A DNA stretch of 64,000 bases from Candidatus Poribacteria bacterium. Its GTDB lineage: Bacteria > Poribacteria > WGA-4E > PCPOR2b. The position numbers were made by a program, and so were the translations under genes. The notes beneath the pieces were generated by a model. It worked only from the letters and a program-made list of their open reading frames with translations, did not search any database and had not been told where the DNA came from. Below, piece after piece: positions 19,705 through 29,892 of this stretch (position 1 is the first letter of the stretch; each line of letters starts with the position of its first letter). The stretch covers positions 5,792,001 to 5,856,000 of the forward strand of contig OZ244042.1 in NCBI GenBank assembly GCA_965215015.1. The letters are read 5' to 3'.

Positions 19705-21198
19705 ATGTCTACCAAACCAAATGTGCTTTTAATAAGTACCGACCATTGGCCCGCTGCCCTCTTGGGTGCTGCGGGACATCCAGCCATCCAAACCCCGACC
19801 CTTGATGAACTCTGTCGCAGCGGCGTTCGTTTCACTAACACCTATGCTGAATGCCCGGTCTGCATTCCAGCCCGTCGAACCCTTATGACAGGCGTTACAC
19901 CCCGCACCCACGGGGACCGGGTGTTTAAGGATAAACTGACCATGCCCGCAGTCCCAACGATGGCACAGACCTTTCGGGACGCAGGCTATCAAGCGTATGC
20001 GGTCGGAAAACTGCACGTCTATCCGCAACGGGATCGCATCGGCTTCGATGATGTGATTTTGGACGAGGAGGGTCGTGTCCAATATGGGGTGTTAGATGAT
20101 TACGAACTTTTTCTGGGTGACCAGGGATATGCAGGACGGCACTTCGACCATGGCATGAGTAATAACGAATACGGCACCCGCCCATGGCACCTGCCAGAGG
20201 AGACCCATGCAACCAACTGGGCGACGAATCAGATGGTACGCACCGTTAAACGCCGCGATCCGAATCGGCCCGCTTTCTGGTTCATCTCCTACCGTCACCC
20301 CCACCCACCAATCGTTCCGCTGCAAACATATCTGGAGCATTACCGCGATATTCCGATTGATGAACCGTATTGCGGAAACTGGTCAACTTCCTCAGAAGCA
20401 CTACCTTTTAGCCTGAAAGCCAACACCGCGCGAGGGGCTAAGTTCACACCTCACCAAATCGTCTCCGCCCGTCGCGCCTTCTACGCCCTCTGCACCCATA
20501 TCGACCATCAGTTGCGCGTCCTTATCGGCACATTGCGTGAAGAAGGTGTCCTCGACAATACGATTATCTGCTTCACGTCCGATCACGGTGACATGCTAGG
20601 CAATCATAGTATGTGGGCAAAACGGCTCTTCTACGAATATTCCGCCAATATCCCGATGATTCTGCTCGGCGTTGCCGGGGATGAACGGGTGGGTTACAAC
20701 CGTGTTGATGACCGACTGGTCGGCTGGGTGGATGTGATGCCAACGTTGTTGGACTTGGCAGGTGCCGATATCCCTGAGACGGTCGAAGGAATTTCAATGG
20801 TCGGCGAGCAGAGGCGAGATTGGTTTTACGGCGAGGTAGGTGAGGATGACCATGCCACACGTATGATCCACGATGGTCGTTATAAGCTCATCTACTATCC
20901 TGTTGGCAACTGTCGACAGCTTTTTGATTTACAAAGGGATCCAGATGAGTTAACCGACCTCTCTACTTCCGCTGAACATGCCGACATCCTCACCAATCTG
21001 ACTGACATCCTCACCAGTCAACTCTACGGCGGCGACGAAGCTTGGACTGAAAATGGGCAGCTCATCGGCGTTCCTGACCGAGATTTTATCCCCGGTCCTA
21101 ATAGAGGGCTTACCAGCCAACGCGGTTCTCATTGGCCCCCGCCGCCACGAACGAATATGTCGCAGATTCAGTGGCACTCTGAGAAAAAAGAGAGGTAA
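19705..21198 (+). CDS. Cys-type sulfatase
   Basis: PNVLLISTD, CIPAR (CxPxR), GKLH, SDHG. Confidence 0.93.
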   Translation: MSTKPNVLLISTDHWPAALLGAAGHPAIQTPTLDELCRSGVRFTNTYAECPVCIPARRTLMTGVTPRTHGDRVFKDKLTMPAVPTMAQTFRDAGYQAYAVGKLHVYPQRDRIGFDDVILDEEGRVQYGVLDDYELFLGDQGYAGRHFDHGMSNNEYGTRPWHLPEETHATNWATNQMVRTVKRRDPNRPAFWFISYRHPHPPIVPLQTYLEHYRDIPIDEPYCGNWSTSSEALPFSLKANTARGAKFTPHQIVSARRAFYALCTHIDHQLRVLIGTLREEGVLDNTIICFTSDHGDMLGNHSMWAKRLFYEYSANIPMILLGVAGDERVGYNRVDDRLVGWVDVMPTLLDLAGADIPETVEGISMVGEQRRDWFYGEVGEDDHATRMIHDGRYKLIYYPVGNCRQLFDLQRDPDELTDLSTSAEHADILTNLTDILTSQLYGGDEAWTENGQLIGVPDRDFIPGPNRGLTSQRGSHWPPPPRTNMSQIQWHSEKKER

Positions 21199-21246
21199 GA
21201 GATTCAAACACCTTCTTACTTGGCGCAAAAATTGCCAGTAGCGAAT

Positions 21247-22227
21247 TCAATCTGTGGATTCAGGAAGGGTCGGATTGACCTGAAAAAAATCGACTGGAAA
21301 GTCAATATTAAATTGAGCTTCTTTAACAACAAATGTATTAATACGGTCTAATTTTCCTCCTGGCCATCTATGTATGTGTTTGGACACCATGGGGAACCAA
21401 ATGTTCCCATATTTCCGAAAGTTCTCATAAATCATAGTCCACTTATCATCATCATAGTGCTCTTCCTTGAGAATACAGAACTCTTTTCTCACATCCACCC
21501 ATATCTTCACAGTTCGTTTGACAGATGGCACGCCAGCCCCCTCTTCTGGCTGGAATTCAAGTACATAACAGTCTACCCCAGCGATCGTTTCTCGACCAAC
21601 AAGCATTGCATCAGAAGGCACTCGATGGCTGGAACGCCCATATAGCTCAAAATACAGAAAACTCCTATATTTACTAAAGTTTGCAAAAGCAACGGAGTAA
21701 TAGGGAAATTCATCTAACGCTTCGTAAGCCTGGGTTTTTCCATCGTAAGTTATGACATGATAATCACCTGCAGTGGTATATTTTGCTTCCTCGCTAAATA
21801 AATTTACCTTTAGGCGATCCACTTGGGTCATTTTGTATTGAAAAATCTTTGGATAAAACTCAGAATCTCGGTCGAAAATTTGGAACGCAACATTTGACTC
21901 TTCAACCACCCGGCGTTTTTCATACCAGTTGGTGTCAAAAGGTATCGCTTTGAGTTCTTCCTTTCGGATTTCCTCTTGGTGAGGCATTGCGTATTCCTTC
22001 AAGATTCTTTGCCGCTCTTTCTGTCTCAACGCTCGAATCTCTTCAGGTGATTTTTTCGCTTCATAGTCGAATGTTATGATGATTCTCATTTCACCACTTC
22101 TGATCCGGCTACGTGCCTGATTAACCCCGTTGATTAACTGTTTTGTTGTAAGCCCTTCAGACTGGCATAACGGACCTAGCGAGAAGAGTGCAATGGTGAA
22201 GAATATTCTGAACATCTTTTCCTCCAT
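21247..22227 (-). CDS. Secreted hypothetical protein with LolA-like C-terminal region
   Basis: Signal peptide; GRETIAGVDCYVLE, KIWVD, GNIWFP and FNIDFPVDFF resemble the LolA-like fold. Confidence 0.55.
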   Translation of the reverse strand: MEEKMFRIFFTIALFSLGPLCQSEGLTTKQLINGVNQARSRIRSGEMRIIITFDYEAKKSPEEIRALRQKERQRILKEYAMPHQEEIRKEELKAIPFDTNWYEKRRVVEESNVAFQIFDRDSEFYPKIFQYKMTQVDRLKVNLFSEEAKYTTAGDYHVITYDGKTQAYEALDEFPYYSVAFANFSKYRSFLYFELYGRSSHRVPSDAMLVGRETIAGVDCYVLEFQPEEGAGVPSVKRTVKIWVDVRKEFCILKEEHYDDDKWTMIYENFRKYGNIWFPMVSKHIHRWPGGKLDRINTFVVKEAQFNIDFPVDFFQVNPTLPESTD

Positions 22228-22416
22228 TGATACCTTGGCTATTCAATGCGCCTATTGTAGTGAAGTCATTTCTTGACAAAAGCAAAACAGATCGGTTTTA
22301 CACAAAATCAACTGATCTGCAGAGGGGCTCTTTTCTCCCGGCGTAGCAACCCGAGGAAAGAAAATCCAAAAGTGGAAATACCTCTCGAAAAGCTCAGGAA
22401 TCGTGACAAGAAATGT

Positions 22417-22497
22417 TCAGCGAAATCTCACAATCATCTCTTTTGTGAGAAGATTTACTACCATTGCCCCGATAAGGCCGAACCGTTTTTTTGACAT
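22417..22497 (-). pseudogene. 26-aa ORF with perfect Shine-Dalgarno; probable truncated secreted protein
   Basis: AAAGGAGGTGATATAGG-ATG gives MSKKRFGLIGAMVVNLLTKEMIVRFR*. Confidence 0.4.
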
Positions 22498-22613
22498 CCT
22501 ATATCACCTCCTTTACCTTGATGTTAAACTCACCTTCTTTCCAGTCGCCCCGCCTGGCTAGAGGTATTTCCACATTCAAAATTTATATTATAGTCCTCAA
22601 ATCAGAGATTATG

Positions 22614-23297
22614 TTATTGCTCTGATTTCCAAGATTCATACTTTTCGCTGTATCTTTCATCGAATTCTTCGACAGTCATTCCGTAGTCAAATACTATCTG
22701 CTCGACCTCTTTTTCAAGTTGAAGTCTTTGATCATCAAGAAGAGCGATTATAGTACGTAATTCTTGCATTCGGTTTTGACTCCTGTGAAATTCTTCGTGT
22801 AGCCTCTCCGTTTCCTCCCCCCTGGCTTCGACTAAGTCGTGCAAACCAATTTCTATCTGTCTGTATTTAAGTTTATGAAGTTCTCTAGAGAACGGAGCGG
22901 TTTTGCGGTAAATGACTTCTCGTTGGTCATATAGTTGTTTGAGATCTATGAAAAGAGCCTCCAGTTCCGGACTGCTTTGCTCTTTAGAAATCTTCGCTTT
23001 GAACTCCTCAAAGTCCTCTATCTCGAAAATAACTTCTGGCTCTCCCAATTCTGTACTTTCGGACGTCTTCTCAGACGTTTTCCACTCTTCCTCGGTCGGT
23101 TCTGGATTTGAGCGTTCCAGCGTTAAGGGTTGAAAAGAGCTGCTCGCCCCCCGCGTTCCAATCAAAGGCACCTCTGGTTCAATTTCCATTGCTTGTCGAT
23201 TTTTGCTTTCTATATGTAATTGATAACTAGTATAGATGAAATACACGATTGAAACCAGAAGCACGAAACATGAAAAAGCCAAAAATTTTCTTTCCAT
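22614..23297 (-). CDS. Membrane-anchored coiled-coil hypothetical protein
   Basis: RBS AAGGAGG; single N-terminal TM segment; Glu-rich helical body. Confidence 0.75.
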   Translation of the reverse strand: MERKFLAFSCFVLLVSIVYFIYTSYQLHIESKNRQAMEIEPEVPLIGTRGASSSFQPLTLERSNPEPTEEEWKTSEKTSESTELGEPEVIFEIEDFEEFKAKISKEQSSPELEALFIDLKQLYDQREVIYRKTAPFSRELHKLKYRQIEIGLHDLVEARGEETERLHEEFHRSQNRMQELRTIIALLDDQRLQLEKEVEQIVFDYGMTVEEFDERYSEKYESWKSEQ

Positions 23298-23330
23298 ATT
23301 CTCCTCCTTATGAAAATCTTGCAGGGATAC

Positions 23331-24182
23331 TCATCTGTCGGATGCATCCTGAACACAACGAAATCCGACGTTATAGGTTCTTCGGCCTTCTAGGTCATAA
23401 TACCGATAGGAACATTGGAGTTGAATCCGAATTGAATCCCAACCCCCACCACGCAAAACCCTGAACTTACCACTGTCCGGCCCTTTGGGGTTTTTCCGTG
23501 AACTTTGTGGATAGTAACTCTCACTATACCAATCCGCACACCATTCCCAAACACTACCCGCTATATCCATGACACCGTAAGGACTGGCACCCCCAGGGAA
23601 ACTGCCGACCGCTTGAAGTTTAGTGGCATGGGGAAAATAACGGAGTCTAGAAAAGTCCATCTCGTTCCCCCATGGATAGATTTGTCCCTCTGTTCCCCTT
23701 GCGGCTTTTTCCCACTCCGCTTCGGTCGGAAGTCTTTTTCCCGCCCAAGTCGCGTAGGCATTCGCTTCATACCAACTCACGCCAATCACGGGGTGGTCTG
23801 GCTCCGTTGAAACCGAATTTTCTCCATATTGCATGGGGGTTTCAACTTGATGCCATTCACCAGCATCAAATTGAAATTTCTGAATGAAATCCCACCCTTC
23901 TTCCGTCCAAAATTCTCCCTTTTTGTATCCACCTGCTAAGATAAACTCCTCATAGTGAGCATTAGTCACCTCGTATTTATCAATGTAAAAGGCATCCAAA
24001 TAGACCTGATGCGAGGGTTTCTGATCCGCGTTTGCCCCCCCAGAATCTGTTCCCATGATGAATTCACCGGCAGGAATTAAAATCATATCTTCGGGAAGTT
24101 CTGAGGAAACGGAAGATTGATTGCACGCTGCAAGCACCGTCAGCATCATCCCAATGAGCAAAAGACTAGCACATTTTCTCAT
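23331..24182 (-). CDS. FGE-sulfatase (SUMF1) domain lipoprotein, probably non-catalytic
   Basis: Lipobox LAAC; IPAGEFIMG, YEVTN, RLPTEAEWEKAARG, GFRC. Confidence 0.88.
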   Translation of the reverse strand: MRKCASLLLIGMMLTVLAACNQSSVSSELPEDMILIPAGEFIMGTDSGGANADQKPSHQVYLDAFYIDKYEVTNAHYEEFILAGGYKKGEFWTEEGWDFIQKFQFDAGEWHQVETPMQYGENSVSTEPDHPVIGVSWYEANAYATWAGKRLPTEAEWEKAARGTEGQIYPWGNEMDFSRLRYFPHATKLQAVGSFPGGASPYGVMDIAGSVWEWCADWYSESYYPQSSRKNPKGPDSGKFRVLRGGGWDSIRIQLQCSYRYYDLEGRRTYNVGFRCVQDASDR

Positions 24183-24199
24183 CGCTGATACTCCTCCTC

Positions 24200-25289
24200 T
24201 TAAGCAATACTGGATAACAGCCAAATCCCTAGTCCAAATAACAATACTCCTGTCCCTAACTTCACCGGCATTAGATGTCGTTGCAGCACACCACCCAATT
24301 GTATTGAAGTCGTTCCCCAATACACAAAAACGAACACCACCAACAGCGGTACGATAAACATTAGGTTATACAAAATCAGGTACGCCAACGCATGATCCCA
24401 CATCCCCTCAACACCCATCACAAACGCAATCGTTGGCAAATAGACCTGCCCCGTGCAGACCAACTCCAGAGCGGAAATTGCAAACCCAATGACCAATGCA
24501 CCGATAATCACTCCCGATGTTCGCGTTTGCTCACGGATGACTCTGTGGATGCGCTGCTTCAATGATTTAGGTAGCTGTAACGTAATTTCTTTCACTTTCC
24601 CCTGTTTCGCTTTATAAGCATCATACAGACTCAAAAACGCTAGTACAAACGTCCCAATCGCAGCAAGCAGATAGACGCACTTGGCAACGACCGAAAACTT
24701 GTTGAGGAACGAGAGAAACTTGAGGATTCCCATCCCCACAAGTAAGTACGTTACAAACACGGCGGCGGCGAATGCACCACCGGCCACTCCTTCCTTTCTC
24801 GCCCAACAAGACTCATGTAAGAGATAAAAAATACAATTGTGGCAAAGGCGCATGGGTTAATCCCGTCAAGCAATCCCGCGCCCGCGACCGTCAACGTGCC
24901 AAAAGCGTTAAAACGTTCAACAATTTCGTCTGAAGCCTCCCCAGTCTTGACTTCTGCTTCCGGTAGTCGAGAGGCAACCCCGGTTGTCAGATATTTCCCG
25001 ATAATTGTTTCCAGGAGCTTTTCATCAAGTTCGTCTAGCAGATACACATCACCGATAAATACCGCAGGTGTGGTCAGTCGCTTCACTTCGGGAATTTTGT
25101 ACAGAGCCCCCGTCGCTTCAAGCAGTTCTCGGCTCTCTTTTGCATACTTCATTTCAACGACAATCTGCGGATACTTCGTTTTGAGTCGTTTCAAAATCTC
25201 GCTGGCTCTCGCACATCTTTGACACCCGCGTTGAGGAAGGTGATTAGAACAGTAGCAAAGTACCTGCCAAATTTATCATAACTTGCCAT
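24200..25289 (-). pseudogene. Thioredoxin-like (CxxC) / CcdA-DsbD-like membrane protein, disrupted
   Basis: Start MASYDKFG at 25289 is out of frame with CQRC...DGINPCAF. A second frameshift near 24790 leads into VAGGAF...ELVCTGQVYLP. Confidence 0.75.
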
Positions 25290-25337
25290 GACTCACTCCA
25301 ATTTAATCCGAATTCCACCTTGATAAGCCAAGCACCA

Positions 25338-25428
25338 AAAACCGAGTTTCTTACAAACGCGATTTTTAGGAAAATCCAACCGATTTGCTCAAAGTCAGGG
25401 GAGACGAAGCACGAAAAACTCGGTTTCT
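25338..25428. repeat. Inverted repeat element AAACCGAGTTT...AAACTCGGTTT
   Basis: Inverted arms between the sigma gene and the pseudogene; same motif type as the MITE cargo at 55091-55118. Confidence 0.6.
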
Positions 25429-26034
25429 CTAATTGAGTGCGTGACGTTTAGCACCTTCAGTCATTTTGGGTATCAGCACCTTCACTTTTGCTCGCGCCCG
25501 AGCCAACCGATTGCTTACCGCCCCTTCAGTGATAGCCAATTTCTGGGCAATCTCTCTGTAGCTCATGCCATTCATTTGCAGGAATAGTGGCAATCGCTCC
25601 GAATCAGGAAGCCTCCCTATTGCCATGATGAGGCTTCCCCACAAATCACTGTTCTCTGCCTGTTGTTCAGCGTTCCGATGCCTAATAATTGCTGCCTCCT
25701 CAAGTGCCTTATCCACATCGGAAACGCGAGAGAGGGATATGGACTCGATACGTTTCTGGTACTTTCGGTGTAGATCTACATTGAGTTGATGTGCTATCCT
25801 GAACATCCATCTGGAAAACTTTTCCGCCTCCCGCAGTTCGGCTATATGCTGAAAGACCTTGAGCCACGTCTCTTGGACAAGGGTTTGAGCATCATCTAAG
25901 TTGGCAGTTCGCTTAACAGCATAAGAAAGCAGCTTAACTTTGTAGCGGTCATGAAGAACCGAAAAGGCGTTTTCATCACCATCTATGATTTGACCAATCA
26001 ATTCAGTATCGTTTAATTCCTCACTAGGTCTCAT
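25429..26034 (-). CDS. ECF RNA polymerase sigma-70 factor
   Basis: Region 2 (DAQTLVQETWLK, FSRWMFRIA) and region 4 (GMSYREIAQKL, VSNRLARAR). Confidence 0.92.
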   Translation of the reverse strand: MRPSEELNDTELIGQIIDGDENAFSVLHDRYKVKLLSYAVKRTANLDDAQTLVQETWLKVFQHIAELREAEKFSRWMFRIAHQLNVDLHRKYQKRIESISLSRVSDVDKALEEAAIIRHRNAEQQAENSDLWGSLIMAIGRLPDSERLPLFLQMNGMSYREIAQKLAITEGAVSNRLARARAKVKVLIPKMTEGAKRHALN

Positions 26035-26160
26035 AATCTCCTCCAATCTAGGGTATAAATGGGGAGCTTGTACCTTACTGAAGAGTCGTAGTTGTTGTTA
26101 TTAATAGAGAACGTGAATAGGACGGAAAACTATCATAAAAAAAACAGTTGGGGTTTGTGT

Positions 26161-26260
26161 TAGGAGTTACGCACTTGAGTTTGGAGTCAGGCAGTTCAAC
26201 CCGCGTCCTTAAGGTAGCATACGCCGTGCCGACTCCTTCAACTCAGAGAAAAGCCTCTAT
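26161..26260 (+). repeat. TAGGAGTTACGCA-type palindromic element
   Basis: End shared with the element at 58118; internal stem TGAGTTTGGAGTC / GACTCCTTCAACTCA. Confidence 0.45.
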
Positions 26261-26329
26261 CTACTCATTACGTTTTTTTTAGATTACCCCAACAGATCGG
26301 AGTGAAAACACTTGGGGCCAGGGGTGAAT

Positions 26330-27589
26330 TTATGCCAAACAACACTGTTTGTACTTCTTGCCACTGCCACAGGGGCAGGGCGAATTGCGTCCAACTTTCT
26401 GCGTGCCCACTACCGGCTTGGGACGCAGTAATGGCATAATGCTATCGGCGGGTCGGCCAGCCTGTAATGCCGCAGCCATCATTTTCATCGGTCGGTCAAT
26501 GTGGTTGAAGAACTGCTTATAGCCCGCACAGAGATAGTTCAGACCGTCCTCACCGCTGGGGGTCTTGATGAAACGGTTTTTTGGGCAGCCGCCGTTGCAG
26601 ACGAAACGGACCTCGCAGTCTCGGCAATACTGAGGCAGGGTATCCCGCTTGTCGGTTCCGAATTTCCGCTGGAACGTTGACTCTACTAGTGCTTCCATCG
26701 ACGTATCCATGACGTTTCCGAGGAAGTATTCTGGGTCAACGTAGTGATCGCAGGAGTAAAGGTCGCCGTTATGCTCGATTGCCATCGCGTTTCCGCAGGT
26801 CTCGTTGAAGATACACAAACTCGGTTGATACCCCAACCAAGCTTCTAACGCGACATCAAAGATCTGGACAAAGATTTTGCCAATATCGTTGATAACCCAT
26901 TCATCGAAGATCGCGCAGAGGAATTTACCGTACTGCGCTGCGCGTACCGTACGGTCGGTCACACCTTTCTCATCCACGCGCTCGACAGCGGGAATAAACT
27001 GCATAAACTGGGCACCAAGTTCTTTGAAATAACGATATACCTCAAACGGATAATCGGCGTTGTGGCTATTTACGACACAGAGCACATTGTAATCAACCTG
27101 ATGCTTCTGTAGGAATCGCAATCCCCGAAGGACATCATCGGAGGAGGGTCTACCCCGTTTGTCATAGCGATATTTATCGTGTAGTTCGGGGGGGCCGTCA
27201 ATGCTAATACCGATTAAGAAGTTATTCTGCTTGAAGAACGTGCACCACTCATCATTTAGGAGCGTTGCGTTGGTCTGGAATGTATTCTGGATGCGCGTCC
27301 CGACCCGGCGGTATTTCTGCTGATATTCGACAGCGCGTCGAAAAAAGTCAACCCCCATCAGCGTCGGTTCGCCTCCTTGCCAAGCGAAGGTTATCTCATT
27401 AACCTGTTGTGATTCGATATATTGACGCACATAGTTTTCCAAAACCTCATCGGTCATCCGAAATGACCGTGTATTGGGATAAAGGTTCTCTTTGTCCAGA
27501 TAGAAGCAGTATTCACAATCCAAATTACAGATTGCCCCAATCGGTTTTGTCATCACATGAAACGCACGCGGTGCTTTGTATTCAATCAT
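26330..27589 (-). CDS. Anaerobic sulfatase maturase (radical SAM/SPASM) with C-terminal SEC-C motif
   Basis: CNLDCEYC, WQGGEPTL, SPASM cysteines (YSCDHY, CRDC, CNGGCP), CPCGSGKKYKQCC. Confidence 0.95.
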   Translation of the reverse strand: MIEYKAPRAFHVMTKPIGAICNLDCEYCFYLDKENLYPNTRSFRMTDEVLENYVRQYIESQQVNEITFAWQGGEPTLMGVDFFRRAVEYQQKYRRVGTRIQNTFQTNATLLNDEWCTFFKQNNFLIGISIDGPPELHDKYRYDKRGRPSSDDVLRGLRFLQKHQVDYNVLCVVNSHNADYPFEVYRYFKELGAQFMQFIPAVERVDEKGVTDRTVRAAQYGKFLCAIFDEWVINDIGKIFVQIFDVALEAWLGYQPSLCIFNETCGNAMAIEHNGDLYSCDHYVDPEYFLGNVMDTSMEALVESTFQRKFGTDKRDTLPQYCRDCEVRFVCNGGCPKNRFIKTPSGEDGLNYLCAGYKQFFNHIDRPMKMMAAALQAGRPADSIMPLLRPKPVVGTQKVGRNSPCPCGSGKKYKQCCLA

Positions 27590-28935
27590 TTTTTTACCTT
27601 CCTCTGGGTTGTAATCATCGCCACGTTGAAAACCGACCGCTCGTAGCCGTGCGATGGACGGTTCACAATGCTACCGAGTCCCCATAGTGCCGATGAACTC
27701 CCGCCATCAAAATTTATTGCGTGTTTCGCTCCAAGTGCCCGCAAAAAATCAGCCATCTCATAAAGCGTCATTCCGATGCTATATCCGTATTGACGACCGT
27801 CCACCGCAATAAGGAACAGTTTATCATCGTTAAATCCCAATGCACTCCGCGGATTCTGCCTCGCTCCGTTGCGGTGACGATAATTGGATCTGCCGCCTGA
27901 CTGGTGAAATTCTACAAGCTCCGGTTCAATTTTACCATTCCGTAAGAGACGAATATTTCCCCCGATTCCATCACCGACTCGCTGCCATTTGGTGGGTGAA
28001 AGTGCGATTTCGAGCGTTCCTGTTCCACCCGCACTAAATGTGGCATCCCATTTTTGTGCCAATTGATAGTCGAGTGCCAATACAACTCCGTTAGGAGGGA
28101 TTGTGCTATTGCCCTGCCGATTGACCGCATCAATCTTGAAACTGCTCCGATACCTACCTGTAAGTGGCAATTTGAGTCCTTTGAGGACGATTTCATAGCT
28201 CCTTCGTGCAAGGGTCTGCTCCCCAAATCGGGGTGTGTAGATTACGGCAGCGCAGCCGGTCTCACGAATCTGATTGATGCCATCAACTTCAAGCGATTCT
28301 CCATTGATGTGAATAACCCCGTTTAATTCAACAGCGTCAAGTAAAAATTCGCCATCAGTTGTTACACCAAAACTGGTTTCACCCCAAGGGGATGGCGGTG
28401 GAAAGCCCCACCAATTGCGTCGAGGAGCAATACTGACCAATTCCCAATCTTGGATATGGAGGTTAAAGATAACCCCGCCTCGCCCGATCCGATCCCCACG
28501 GAGACCGAAGCTCCCGTTGACACCAGCTAACAGAGGCATATCTTGTTGTGCGAGTCGTCTCGCCATGCTGCTGATTGTCTCCCTGCCCAAGAGACGGGTG
28601 TTGGCGAGTTCAACCCCAAAGCGAAGATTTTCGGATTCGCGCCTCATTTCAGCGACATAAACCGCTGCATCCCGCTCTTTCCACCAATCACGATAGATTC
28701 GCAAACCTTGGGGCCAATTCGATTTTTTAAGGTAATCCCGTTTTTTGGATGCGGGATTTGGACGGTCAGGAGGTGGCTTGCTAGTAAGTCTAGAGATAAC
28801 GGAAGAGGACGCAGAACTGGTGCCGGGGTTCAAAGTTGTCTTTCGCAACGCACCAATCCCCAAAATCAGGAGAATGGCTAGGCCCCAAACGATGACGATC
28901 TTGATAAAATAAGTGCGTTGATTCCCCTTTTGCAT
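27586..28935 (-). CDS. Phosphodiester glycosidase (NAGPA) family protein
   Basis: GVNGSF, NPRSALG, VDGRQ, AINFDGGSS; N-terminal TM segment. Confidence 0.88.
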   Translation of the reverse strand: MQKGNQRTYFIKIVIVWGLAILLILGIGALRKTTLNPGTSSASSSVISRLTSKPPPDRPNPASKKRDYLKKSNWPQGLRIYRDWWKERDAAVYVAEMRRESENLRFGVELANTRLLGRETISSMARRLAQQDMPLLAGVNGSFGLRGDRIGRGGVIFNLHIQDWELVSIAPRRNWWGFPPPSPWGETSFGVTTDGEFLLDAVELNGVIHINGESLEVDGINQIRETGCAAVIYTPRFGEQTLARRSYEIVLKGLKLPLTGRYRSSFKIDAVNRQGNSTIPPNGVVLALDYQLAQKWDATFSAGGTGTLEIALSPTKWQRVGDGIGGNIRLLRNGKIEPELVEFHQSGGRSNYRHRNGARQNPRSALGFNDDKLFLIAVDGRQYGYSIGMTLYEMADFLRALGAKHAINFDGGSSSALWGLGSIVNRPSHGYERSVFNVAMITTQRKVKK

Positions 28936-29222
28936 CTTCCATTGTCCTCGCTATCCAATCGAAACTCATCCTCACGTTACTTTTTATAAAGACAGTAAAT
29001 ACTATTTTCACAAATGGTATGCTAATCTGTCAAGGATAAACGCAATATAGTTCCCCACCACCCCCACCGATAGGTCATAAACCGGTTTGACTCCAACAGC
29101 GTTTTTAAGTAAAATAACCCAAGTTGCTAGTGTTTCTATGTAATGATAAGCGTAATCTAGGGCATGTTGACATTTTACTATCGCCAATTCGGCAAACACT
29201 GTAAGCCAATCTGCCAAACGTT

Positions 29223-29435
29223 GTAGGTCGAGATTCATATCTCGATAAAACACCCGGACTCTCGCGTAATGTCCCGGGCGGATGGAGCCAATCGTGGGGC
29301 ACCACAGTGTCTGATATTCTATAGCGTCATGTTGTAGGTATTTTCCATTTTGGAAAATCGACCGACGACAGGGCAACCACAAGGGTTGCCCCTACAGGAA
29401 TTGACTAAATGTAGGGGCAGGTCTTGTACCTGCCC
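29223..29435. repeat. Cluster of three GTAG REP-like palindromes
   Basis: GTAGGTCGAGATTCATATCTCGA at 29223; GGGCAACCACAAGGGTTGCCCCTAC at 29371-29395 (minus); GTAGGGGCAGGTCTTGTACCTGCCC at 29411. Confidence 0.7.
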
Positions 29436-29892
29436 AAAATATTTTGCTTGATACTGATGCGGATTGTTGCTTTACAATCGGTAGAATCAGCAGCAAGCGA
29501 TTGAAAAAGGGGTTGAAACATAGGTGCGATGTGGTAGCGGCTTCGATGGAATCGTGCGTTACTGAGCATACCGGGGATATATCCCTGTTCTTTGGGTAGA
29601 AAGGGTGCCATTTGTTGATTGCTCCAAACAACGGTGCAGCAACTCATGGGGTAGTCCCCACTGCGGCGGCACCCATTTTGGTTCTTCGGTCGTCTTGCTG
29701 GCTATTTCAAATTAAGAGATTGTCACAGAGGGTGTAAAATGCTACGATGAGTAAGTTCGGGGCATTCTCCTGTTTATCAGTTCTGTTTTGGCTAACAAAT
29801 ACTCTAACGAAATTCCATGGATATTCAACTAGCAACTTACGTTAAAACAGTCTGTGTCAATTAGTAAATATTAGACAAATGGAGGGATTCCA

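Noticed and set aside
23331-24182. Catalytic formylglycine-generating enzyme partnering the sulfatase
   Set aside because: It lacks the catalytic Cys pair after RGG (reads RGGGWDSIRIQLQCSYR). The radical SAM maturase is the likelier activator.
24751-24853. Programmed frameshift in the CcdA-like gene
   Set aside because: There is no clear slippery heptamer, and a second lesion near the 5' end indicates decay.
22417-27589. RiPP cluster (radical SAM/SPASM enzyme plus small peptide)
   Set aside because: The enzyme has anaerobic sulfatase maturase signatures, a sulfatase is nearby, and the peptide is about 4 kb away and looks like a truncated signal sequence.
29008-29647. Listed ORFs of 66-124 aa
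   Set aside because: They overlap REP palindromes and lack RBS and protein-like motifs; probably spurious.
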